64,000 nt of DNA from Syntrophobacterales bacterium (GTDB taxonomy: Bacteria > Desulfobacterota > Syntrophia > Syntrophales > CAMTWB01): assembly GCA_037445955.1 (NCBI GenBank), contig JBBIJM010000005.1:1693-65692 (forward strand), in the 5' to 3' direction. Below, in pieces: positions 48,362 through 56,282 of this stretch (the first letter of the stretch is position 1; the number at the start of each line of letters is the position of its first letter). The position numbers and the translations under genes are program-made. The notes under the pieces were generated by a model that saw nothing but the letters and a program-made list of their open reading frames with translations, was not told the origin of the DNA and did not search any database.

Positions 48362-48439
48362 GTCATTTAAGGAGCCTGTTCGAAGAGAAATCTTAATGCC
48401 TGCGACCTTGGCGAGATTTCTCCCGGCGGTCGGAATGAC
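48362..48439. repeat. imperfect palindromic REP-like intergenic element (GTCATT ... GAATGAC)
   Basis: The left arm is GTCATTTAAGGAGCCTGTTCGAAGAGAAATCT. The right arm reverse-complements to GTCATTCCGACCGCCGGGAGAAATCT. It lies between two convergent genes. Confidence 0.6.
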
Positions 48440-48485
48440 AAAGAACGGTCGGATTGAATAAAACATCGGCATTTTCAAAACTCGT

Positions 48486-49646
48486 CTAGAACAAAAGGGC
48501 GAGGCTATCGGCCAGGGCGAGACCCTTCCCCGTGGGACGGAGCGAGTCGCCGGTTATCATAACCAGCCCCTCCCTCTCCAACCTTGCCGCAACCTCTTCT
48601 TTGCCTGCCAGTAAATCCCTTTGAAATCTTCTCCGGAAAGATTTGAGATCGATGCCGTCTTTCGTTCTCAGGCCGAGATAGATCGTTTCGAGCTCTCTTT
48701 CTTGCCTGCTTAAGACCTCCGACCCGCCCGGGGGCCTTTCCCCATTTTTAACGCAGCCAAGATACCCGTTTAAGGAAGATGTGTTCCAGAGGCGTCTTTC
48801 CCCGTCAAACGAATGGGCTGAAGGCCCCAAACCCAGGTAAGGGACGTGCCGCCAGTATTTCTGATTGTGCCGGGAGCGATAGATATCGCCCCGGGCGAAG
48901 TTTGACACCTCGTAATGATCGAAACCGGCCTCTCCGAGGATTTCTGCGGTCGTTAGAAATAAATCCAACGCTGCCTGCTCTTCGGGAAGGGCAAACAGGC
49001 CCTTGTCCAGCATTTTCTTGAGGGGCGTATCTTCCGCCGGTGTCAACTGGTAACAGGAGAGGTGTGTCGCCGGGAGCCGGAGGGCAATATCTAAGGTTTC
49101 CCGCCAGGCGGAGATATCCTCTCCCGGAGACCCATAGATGAGATCGAGACCGATCCGGTCAAAACCCGCCCGGGCGGCGATTTCTGCCGCCGTCCGGGCC
49201 TCATGGGCGCTGTGTCTCCGGCGGAGAAAGGAAAGGGTGCGGTCGTTGAACGACTGGGCCCCGAGGTTGATCCGGTTGAAACCGAGCCGTTTGAGCTCTT
49301 GAAAGTAGGAGAGATCGCCGTCGCCGGGGTTGACCTCGATGGTAATTTCGCTTTCCTTGGCCATCGGGAAGTATTTCTTGATTCCCCTCCATAACCCCGC
49401 CAGCTCCGGGATCGAGAGGACCGAAGGGGTCCCGCCGCCCAAGTAGATCGTGTCGAAGAGGCGCGAATCATCCTGATTGAGGGCCATTTCCCGGGCCAGG
49501 GCCTCGAGGAAATCCGGGATCAGCAAAAGATCCGTTGTGGAATAGAAATCGCAGTACCGGCATTTACTTGCGCAAAACGGCAGATGAACGTAGAGACCGG
49601 CAAGACCGGAGGGGCCTGGAGAGTGGTTTGCTGTCTGATCATCCAT
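48486..49646 (-). CDS. hemW: radical SAM heme chaperone HemW (HemN-like)
   Basis: The motif YVHLPFCASKCRYCDFY is present. The start is ATG 49646; the track start at 49811 would overlap lepA. Confidence 0.88.
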   Translation of the reverse strand: MDDQTANHSPGPSGLAGLYVHLPFCASKCRYCDFYSTTDLLLIPDFLEALAREMALNQDDSRLFDTIYLGGGTPSVLSIPELAGLWRGIKKYFPMAKESEITIEVNPGDGDLSYFQELKRLGFNRINLGAQSFNDRTLSFLRRRHSAHEARTAAEIAARAGFDRIGLDLIYGSPGEDISAWRETLDIALRLPATHLSCYQLTPAEDTPLKKMLDKGLFALPEEQAALDLFLTTAEILGEAGFDHYEVSNFARGDIYRSRHNQKYWRHVPYLGLGPSAHSFDGERRLWNTSSLNGYLGCVKNGERPPGGSEVLSRQERELETIYLGLRTKDGIDLKSFRRRFQRDLLAGKEEVAARLEREGLVMITGDSLRPTGKGLALADSLALLF

Positions 49647-49672
49647 TGCCCGTCGGGATCGGAAAACAATCT

Positions 49673-51472
49673 CTAATCCGGTTCGCTTTTCAGCACCGAC
49701 AGGAAGGCGCTCTGGGGGATGGTTACCTGGCCGATCATCTTCATCCTCTTCTTTCCTTTCTTCTGTTTTTCCAGAAGCTTCCGTTTTCTCGTAATATCCC
49801 CGCCGTAACATTTGGCTGTGACATCCTTGCGGAAGGCGGAGATGGTGGACCGGGCGATGATCTCCCCGCCGATGGCTGCCTGGATGGCAATTTTAAACAT
49901 CTGACGGGGGATCTCCTCCTCAAGCCTCTCGCAGGCCTGGAGTCCCCGGGCGCGGGCCCGTTCCCGGTGGACGATTTGAGACAGGGCGTCGACCTTTTCG
50001 CCGTTTACAAGAATGTCAAGCAGGACGAGCTGACTTTCCCGATAGTCGAGCAGATCGTAATCGAACGAGCCGTAGCCCTGGGTTGCCGACTTGAACCGAT
50101 CGTAAAAATCATAGATCGCCTCGGACAGGGGCATTTCATAGGTCAGATTGGCCCTTCCCGGGCTGGGATAATGGATGGTGGAGCCGGTGCCCCTCTTCTC
50201 CATGCACAATTTCATCACCGCCCCTAAATATCGGTCCGGCAGGAGCATCGAGGCCCGGATATAGGGCTCCTCGCCCTTTAATATAGAGATGGGATCCGGA
50301 TAGTGAGCGGGATTATCAACCGCGACAATCGTCTTATCCTTCAGGGTGAACCGGTAGCGAACCGAGGGAACCGAGAGGATGATCGAGAGGTCGTATTCCC
50401 TCTCGAGCCTTTCCTGAACTATTTCCAGATGGAGAAGTCCCAAAAATCCGCAGCGAAAACCCTGGCCCAGGGCGACGGAGGAATCCTTCTGATAGACGAA
50501 GGAGGCATCGTTGAGCTTGTATTTATCCAGAGAATCCGCCAGGTCCTGATAATCGTCCGAGGCGACGGGATAGATCGAGGCGAAGACCACCGGTTTGCTC
50601 TCCCTGAAGCCCGGCAGGGGGTGTTTGCAGGGGTTTGCTTCGCTGGTGATGGTATCCCCGGTCCGGACATCGGAAATTGTCTTTATTCCGGCTAATATAT
50701 AGCCCACCTCCCCGGCGGAAAGTTGATCTCGCTTTTGGCGTTTGAGAAGGAAATGACCGACCTCCTCGACCTTATAGGAGGCGTTGTTGTACATGAAACG
50801 GATGATGTCCCCCGCCTGGACCTTCCCTTCGAAGAGACGGCAATGGATCACCGTGCCCCGGAAGGGATCGTACTGGGCATCGAAGATCAGGGCGGCCAGG
50901 GGTTCGCCGTCCAAGCCCGCGGGGGGCGGAATCCTCTTTACCACCGCCTCGAGAATCTCCTCGATTCCCGTTCCCTCTTTGGCCGAACATTGCAGAGACT
51001 GTTCCGGATCGAGTCCCAGTTCCGAGTCGATCTGGAGGGCTACCTTTTCGATATCCGCCGAAGGGAGATCGATCTTGTTTATCACCGGGATGATCTCCAG
51101 GTTATGTTCCAGGGCGAGATAGAGGTTGGCTATCGTTTGGGCTTGAACTCCCTGGGAGGCGTCGATAAGAAGCAAGACCCCCTCGCAGGAGGCAAGGGAC
51201 CGGGAAACCTCGTAGGAGAAATCAACATGGCCCGGGGTATCGATGAGATTGAGGGTGTAGATGAGGCCGTCTTTGGCCCGGTAAGGGAGAGATATCACTT
51301 GACTCTTGATTGTTATCCCCCGTTCCCTCTCGATGTCCATGTTGTCGAGGATCTGATCTTTGAAGATCCTCTCCGGAACGACGCCGGTGTACTGGATGAG
51401 GCGGTCGGCCAGGGTGGATTTTCCGTGATCGATATGGGCTATGATGCTGAAATTTCTAATGTTTTTTGTCAT
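49673..51472 (-). CDS. lepA: translation elongation factor 4 (LepA)
   Basis: 599 aa with IRNFSIIAHIDHGKSTLADR, DTPGHVDF and the LepA C-terminal domain. Confidence 0.95.
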   Translation of the reverse strand: MTKNIRNFSIIAHIDHGKSTLADRLIQYTGVVPERIFKDQILDNMDIERERGITIKSQVISLPYRAKDGLIYTLNLIDTPGHVDFSYEVSRSLASCEGVLLLIDASQGVQAQTIANLYLALEHNLEIIPVINKIDLPSADIEKVALQIDSELGLDPEQSLQCSAKEGTGIEEILEAVVKRIPPPAGLDGEPLAALIFDAQYDPFRGTVIHCRLFEGKVQAGDIIRFMYNNASYKVEEVGHFLLKRQKRDQLSAGEVGYILAGIKTISDVRTGDTITSEANPCKHPLPGFRESKPVVFASIYPVASDDYQDLADSLDKYKLNDASFVYQKDSSVALGQGFRCGFLGLLHLEIVQERLEREYDLSIILSVPSVRYRFTLKDKTIVAVDNPAHYPDPISILKGEEPYIRASMLLPDRYLGAVMKLCMEKRGTGSTIHYPSPGRANLTYEMPLSEAIYDFYDRFKSATQGYGSFDYDLLDYRESQLVLLDILVNGEKVDALSQIVHRERARARGLQACERLEEEIPRQMFKIAIQAAIGGEIIARSTISAFRKDVTAKCYGGDITRKRKLLEKQKKGKKRMKMIGQVTIPQSAFLSVLKSEPD

Positions 51473-51489
51473 GTTTTTCTCTGGCGACG

Positions 51490-51514
51490 AAAAAGCCCTC
51501 CTGTCCGGGAAGGC
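51490..51514 (-). terminator. hairpin plus U5 between adk and lepA
   Basis: Minus-strand RNA reads GCCUUCC-CGGACA-GGAGGGC followed by UUUUUCG, 18 nt upstream of the lepA ATG. Confidence 0.5.
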
Positions 51515-51539
51515 CTTTCGATCTAAACTGATTTCTGTT

Positions 51540-52214
51540 CTACCCGATCCCTTTCAAAATACTCTCCGAGACACCGGCCACATCGCCTTGACCGTCCACC
51601 GAGATCACCCTGGTCTTCCCCCGCAGGTAATCGACGGCGGCGAGAGTTCCTTTTGCCCGGTCGTAATAGATGCCGTGCCTCTTATCTATTGCCTCGGTGT
51701 CCTGATCGTCCGGGCGGGAGAGCAGGTCTTCGCTGCCGCAGACCCGGCAGACATATCGGCCGTCTTTGACCGCGGGGGCGATCGCCTCGATGAAGATATT
51801 ATTCGGGTGGTTGTTGTCTTGGGGGCACAATCTTCTCCCCATGATCCTTTTCTTGGCCGTATCCCGATCTAAAACGATTTCAATCACCAGGTCGAGGGGA
51901 ATCTTTTCCTTGTTAAGGGCCTCCCAGAGGGCCTCGGCCTGGGTAAGATTCCGGGGAAACCCGTCAAGGAGCCAGCCGGATCGGCCGTCGTCCTCTTTCA
52001 GCCTGGCAAGAAGCATCGGGATTGTCACCTCATCGGGGACGAGTTCCCCCCTCCTGACGAATTCCTGGGCCCTAACCCCCAGTTCGGTCTTTTTTTCGAT
52101 ATTCTTCCGGAAGATCACACCGGTTTCGATATGAGGTATTCCGTATCTCCTCTGGATAAGGGCGCCCTGGGTGCCCTTACCGCTGCCGTTGGGTCCAAAG
52201 ATGATGATGTTCAT
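51540..52214 (-). CDS. adk: adenylate kinase
   Basis: 224 aa with P-loop GPNGSGKGTQ and a long LID carrying C130-X5-H136-X19-C156-X2-C159. Confidence 0.93.
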   Translation of the reverse strand: MNIIIFGPNGSGKGTQGALIQRRYGIPHIETGVIFRKNIEKKTELGVRAQEFVRRGELVPDEVTIPMLLARLKEDDGRSGWLLDGFPRNLTQAEALWEALNKEKIPLDLVIEIVLDRDTAKKRIMGRRLCPQDNNHPNNIFIEAIAPAVKDGRYVCRVCGSEDLLSRPDDQDTEAIDKRHGIYYDRAKGTLAAVDYLRGKTRVISVDGQGDVAGVSESILKGIG

Positions 52215-52277
52215 ATATTCCTCGTTCTGCCTGGTTTTATCTGGATGGTGGTGAATCCTGGTTGGCGTTTTGAACCG

Positions 52278-52493
52278 TCAGTGGCACGAACTGCAACTGG
52301 AGGAGGTGCAGGAGGAGCAGCCCGAGGAGGTGGCGGCGGTGTTCCGGATCCGCCCGCCGAAGATCGACATCACCCGCTTGACCTTTTTTGAGCCGCACTC
52401 GGCGCAGACGATCTTCATCTTATCCCCTGCCGACCTCTGCAAGATCTCGAAAATCTTCCCGCATTTGTTACAGTTGAATTCATATATCGGCAT
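52278..52493 (-). CDS. FmdB-family zinc-ribbon protein with Cys/Ser-rich tail
   Basis: MPIYEFNCNKCG...CAECGS forms a CxxC...CxxC ribbon. The C-terminal tail is SSGCSSCTSSSCSSCH. Confidence 0.8.
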   Translation of the reverse strand: MPIYEFNCNKCGKIFEILQRSAGDKMKIVCAECGSKKVKRVMSIFGGRIRNTAATSSGCSSCTSSSCSSCH

Positions 52494-52593
52494 ATACCCT
52501 CCGGGTCATCTTAGAGAATCCAAACCCGCCTGATTGGCTCAATAATTACAGCCGGATGCTATAACAGCCCCACTCCAAAGTCAAGTACGCAAT

Positions 52594-52738
52594 GGGGTCA
52601 AATCTTTAAACTTGACAATTCCAAATTCGAAGCCGTACCAGTGAGCTGAATTGTCAAGTTTAAAGATTTGACCCCAGGAACAAGGCGAAGCCGCACCAGT
52701 GAGCTGAATTGTCAAGTTTAAAGATTTGACCCCAGGAA
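52594..52738. repeat. cluster of three copies of a 27-bp element (one inverted, two within 53-bp direct repeats)
   Basis: GGGGTCAAATCTTTAAACTTGACAATT (52594-52620) is the exact reverse complement of 52649-52675. The 53-bp units at 52628-52680 and 52686-52738 differ at one base (period 58 bp). Confidence 0.9.
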
Positions 52739-52745
52739 TCCCCGA

Positions 52746-52774
52746 TTGACACCCCTGCCGGTTCTTACTATATT
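52746..52774 (+). promoter_or_regulatory. candidate sigma-70 promoter of the alcohol dehydrogenase gene
   Basis: TTGACA (52746-52751), 17-nt spacer, TATATT (52769-52774), 54 nt upstream of ATG 52828. Confidence 0.55.
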
Positions 52775-52827
52775 GTCCCAGGCAGGAGAAGGATGGCCTG
52801 TCATATACCGTTTTTCGAGGTGAAGAC

Positions 52828-53994
52828 ATGGTAACGAAAACCTTCCTGTTCAAGGCTCCCGCGCTGATCGTAAGCGGCGCCGGCGCAGCCCGGGAGGCGG
52901 GGAATCAAGCCTTCGGTCTCGGGAAAAAAGCCCTTATCGTCACCGATCGAACGGTAGCGGGACTGGGCCTCCTTGAGGAGATAACAGGATCCCTCAAGGA
53001 AAAGGGTATCCCCTGGGAAGTTTATGACGAGGTGAACGAGGAACCGACCGTAGAACACGTGGAGAAGGGTCTTGTCTTTTTACGGAAAACGGAGGCGGAT
53101 CTTCTCGTCGCCGTCGGGGGCGGAAGTCCCCTGGACGCCGCCAAGGCCATCGCCGCCGTAGCGACGAACCCCGGCAGGATCGGCGACTTCGCCGGGGCGG
53201 GGAAGGTGCAAAACCCCAGCCTGCCCCTCATCGCCATCCCCACCACCTCGGGAACCGGCAGCGAGGTCACCCAGTTCACCATCATCACCGACCCGGACCG
53301 GGAGGTGAAGATGCTGATCGCAAGCCCGAACCTTATGCCGAAGGCGGCCCTGGTGGACCCGCTGCTCACCTTGGCAATGCCTCAGGGAATCACTGCGGCG
53401 ACCGGGATAGACGCCCTGACCCATGCCATCGAGGCCTATGTTTCGATCAAGGCCCAGCCCCTCACCGACACCCTGGCCCTGGAGGCGATCCGGCTGATCT
53501 CGGCTAACCTCCGGCCGGCCTGGGCCAATGGGGACAATATCGAGGCCCGGATCAACATGGCCAACGGGGCCCTTTTGGCCGGGCTGGCCTTTTCCAATTC
53601 TTCCGTGGCCCTTATCCACGGGATGGCACGGCCGCTGGGGGCCTATTTTCACGTCCCCCACGGTCTGTCCAACGCGATGCTCCTGCCTCAGGTAATGGAA
53701 TTCAGCGTCCCGGGGAACCCCCGGCGCTACCGGGACATAGCCCGGGCGATGGGCGAGCAGACCGATGATCTCTCGGTGCTCGATGCCGCCTACCTTTCCT
53801 GCGAAAGTCTCTTCGATCTCACCTGCGATCTGAAGATACCCACCCTGAAAGAATGGGGAGTGGAGGAAGACAGGTTCAACGGGGTAATTGATAAGATGGC
53901 ATCAGACGCCCTGGCCAGCGGCTCGCCGGCCAACAATCCGCGAAAGGCCGCCAGGGCGGAGATTATCGAACTTTACCGGATAGTTTTTTCCTGA
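52828..53994 (+). CDS. iron-containing alcohol dehydrogenase
   Basis: 388 aa with GGGSPLDAAKA and Fe-ADH His motifs (HAIEAY, LIHGMARPLG). SD GAGGTG. Confidence 0.9.
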   Translation: MVTKTFLFKAPALIVSGAGAAREAGNQAFGLGKKALIVTDRTVAGLGLLEEITGSLKEKGIPWEVYDEVNEEPTVEHVEKGLVFLRKTEADLLVAVGGGSPLDAAKAIAAVATNPGRIGDFAGAGKVQNPSLPLIAIPTTSGTGSEVTQFTIITDPDREVKMLIASPNLMPKAALVDPLLTLAMPQGITAATGIDALTHAIEAYVSIKAQPLTDTLALEAIRLISANLRPAWANGDNIEARINMANGALLAGLAFSNSSVALIHGMARPLGAYFHVPHGLSNAMLLPQVMEFSVPGNPRRYRDIARAMGEQTDDLSVLDAAYLSCESLFDLTCDLKIPTLKEWGVEEDRFNGVIDKMASDALASGSPANNPRKAARAEIIELYRIVFS

Positions 53995-54005
53995 AGGCCC
54001 CTGAG

Positions 54006-55451
54006 ATGGACGAGACGAAACTGACGGGATTCATTATCCAGGCCGCCCTTGCCCTCCTGGCCGGGGTGTTCCTGGCCCTGTGGGTCATCGCCCGCAGGAA
54101 GGGTCTCCAAGCGATTAAACAGGCGGGTGAGGCGAACCTCGATCGGGCCAGAAGCGAAGAAAGATCGAGGTATCTAGAAGAACGGATCGAAGGAATCAAG
54201 GAACTTCTGGCGGCGGGGGAGAAGGAGATCGCCGATCTTCGGGAAAGGCTGGCCGGGGAGACCGCAAGAAGGGCGGCGGCGGAGGCGGGCAGCAAAGAGA
54301 AGGAACTGGCTCACGAGGCAAGGCTTTCCCTTTTAACCGAGGCCAAGGACCGCCTTACCGATGCCTTCAAGGCCCTCAGTGCCGAGGTACTGCAAACCAA
54401 CAGCCGGCTCTTCCTGGAAAGGGCCAAAGAGACCTTCGATCGTCAGATAGAATCCTCCAGCCGGGATTTAGAGTCAAGGCAGAAGGCCATCGACGAGCTC
54501 ATTCATCCCCTCCGGGAATCTCTTGCGAAAATGGAAGGGGGAATAAACGAGCTGGAAAAGGCCCGTACCGGGGCCTACGCCTCCCTGACCGAGCAGATCC
54601 GTTCCTTAAGCGGCTCCCAGGATCAGTTGCAGAAGGAAACCGCCCGGCTGGTGAAAGCCCTCCGGACCCCTACGGTCCGGGGCAAATGGGGGGAGCTTCA
54701 GCTCAAGCGAACGGTAGAGATCGCCGGCCTCCAGGAACACTGCGATTATTTCGAACAGAAATCCCTTTCGACGGAGGAGGGAAGACTCCGTCCCGATATG
54801 ATTGTCCGGCTGCCCGGGAACCTAAAACTGGTCATCGATGCCAAGGCCCCTCTTCTGGCCTTCCTCGACTCCCTCGAAGAGGAGGATGAAACGGGGAAGA
54901 CGGCAAAGGTCAAGGAACACGCCCGGCAGATCCGGGACCATATCAACAAGCTTGCCGACAAGAAATATCAGGAACAATTTCTCCCGACGCCGGAATTCGT
55001 GGTCCTTTTCCTTCCGGCGGAATCGTTCTTTACCGCCGCCTTGACTTTCGACCAGGGTTTGATCGAATACGGGGTCGAAAGGAAGGTAATCCTGGCCACT
55101 CCCACCACCCTGATCGCCCTTTTCAAGCTGATCGCCTATGCCTGGCGCCAGGATGATCTGGCCAGAAACAACGAAAAGATTCAACGTCTGGGCAGGGATC
55201 TCTACGAGCGCCTGGCGGTTATGGCGAGGCATTTCGCCTCGCTGGGCAAATCTCTCGACGACGCGGTGAAACAATATAACGACACCTTGGGCTCCCTCGA
55301 GAGCAGGGTGCTTGTGGCGGCCAGACAGTTCAAAGACCTGGGCGTCTCGTCGGGAAAGGAGCTTGCGGCCTTGCCAGAGGTAGAGCGGGAAACCAGAGAG
55401 GCCGCCTTAGCCGGGGCAGCCCGTGCGACCGCGTCTTCGGACCAGCCCTGA
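54006..55451 (+). CDS. rmuC: DNA recombination protein RmuC
   Basis: 481 aa with an N-terminal TM segment, a long coiled coil and the RmuC nuclease-like C-terminus (RGKWGELQLKR, VIDAKAPL, EFVVLFLPAE). Confidence 0.88.
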   Translation: MDETKLTGFIIQAALALLAGVFLALWVIARRKGLQAIKQAGEANLDRARSEERSRYLEERIEGIKELLAAGEKEIADLRERLAGETARRAAAEAGSKEKELAHEARLSLLTEAKDRLTDAFKALSAEVLQTNSRLFLERAKETFDRQIESSSRDLESRQKAIDELIHPLRESLAKMEGGINELEKARTGAYASLTEQIRSLSGSQDQLQKETARLVKALRTPTVRGKWGELQLKRTVEIAGLQEHCDYFEQKSLSTEEGRLRPDMIVRLPGNLKLVIDAKAPLLAFLDSLEEEDETGKTAKVKEHARQIRDHINKLADKKYQEQFLPTPEFVVLFLPAESFFTAALTFDQGLIEYGVERKVILATPTTLIALFKLIAYAWRQDDLARNNEKIQRLGRDLYERLAVMARHFASLGKSLDDAVKQYNDTLGSLESRVLVAARQFKDLGVSSGKELAALPEVERETREAALAGAARATASSDQP

Positions 55452-55455
55452 GGCC

Positions 55456-56271
55456 CTATCTCCAGGTAACCCGCGGCGGTTGTCTTTTGGGCTGGCGGAG
55501 AAACTTGACCTTCGGATACCCGATCATCAGGGCGCCGAAGTTCCCATGGCCCGCGGGCAGTTTGAGGGCCTCTTTCAGGGGCGGATAGATCTGGCTTGCC
55601 ACCATGAAAAAACCGGCCCAGGTGGCCCCCAGCCCTAGAGACGGGGCGGCGAGCTCCGCGTAGGCCAGGGCTAAAACGCAGTCCTCTTTCGCCAGCCGCG
55701 CCTTTTCGTCGGCATGGGCGACAAACAGGTGGGGGGCGTGGCGCAGGATGGGATCCCTGCCCTTCCGGGCGAGTTCGACAATCCGGTCGAAGCCAAGCGG
55801 CGCCGCCCAGGCGGGGGATTCCTTCAGCACCCCCTCCATCCATTCGATCACGAGCCCCGCAAGATGTCTCACCGATTGGGGATCCTCAAATACCAGCAGA
55901 CCAACCGGCCGGGCATTATGGGCCGACGGGGCAAATCCGGCAAGCTCCACCAGCTTCGTCAGTTTTTCCCTCTCCACGCGCCTGTCCTGATAACCCCGGA
56001 TGGAACGCCTCGATTTCAGGAACTGTTCCCCCTGGGCCTCGTTTAATACCAGGTCCCTTGCGATTTCCGGGCATTCCTCCGGCCTCATCGCCGGGATGCT
56101 CAAGGCCCCGGTGGGACAGGCGCAAACGCAATGGCCGCATTTCAAACAGAGGTCTTCCCCCCCGGGGGCAAGTTCGGGGAATCCCCCTTTTTTCATGCGG
56201 ATTATTAAGCGGCCGCAGGCCTCGACACAGATTCCATCCCTCTTGCATCTTTCGGGATCGACAAGAAACAT
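55456..56271 (-). CDS. ferredoxin-domain / nitroreductase-family fusion protein
   Basis: The N-terminus has a 2x[4Fe-4S]-type pattern (CKRDGICVEAC, CLKCGHCVCACP), followed by a nitroreductase fold (RRSIRGY). I prefer ATG 56271, 6 nt after GGAGG; the glmM stop TAA lies within TAAGGAGG. Confidence 0.8.
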   Translation of the reverse strand: MFLVDPERCKRDGICVEACGRLIIRMKKGGFPELAPGGEDLCLKCGHCVCACPTGALSIPAMRPEECPEIARDLVLNEAQGEQFLKSRRSIRGYQDRRVEREKLTKLVELAGFAPSAHNARPVGLLVFEDPQSVRHLAGLVIEWMEGVLKESPAWAAPLGFDRIVELARKGRDPILRHAPHLFVAHADEKARLAKEDCVLALAYAELAAPSLGLGATWAGFFMVASQIYPPLKEALKLPAGHGNFGALMIGYPKVKFLRQPKRQPPRVTWR

Positions 56272-56282
56272 GACCATCCTCC

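Noticed and set aside
52282-52295. A sigma-54-like TGGCACGAACTGCA.
   Set aside because: The GG-to-GC spacing is 2 nt too short for a -24/-12 promoter. It also lies inside the fmdB coding region on the opposite strand, with no downstream plus-strand gene.
52628-52738. Possible mini CRISPR array (two direct repeats).
   Set aside because: There are only two repeats, separated by 5 bp rather than a ~30-bp spacer. No cas genes are present, and a third copy is inverted.
52793-52834. A 13-codon uORF (MACHIPFFEVKTW) ending in a TAA that overlaps the ADH start region.
   Set aside because: The AGGAG is only ~4 nt from its ATG. The ADH gene has its own well-spaced SD (GAGGTG). There is no evidence for function without conservation data.
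52581-52853. A 90-aa minus-strand ORF covering the repeat cluster.
   Set aside because: It reads through 58-bp-period repeats (not a multiple of 3) and through the ADH promoter and start. No SD is present. It is almost certainly non-coding.
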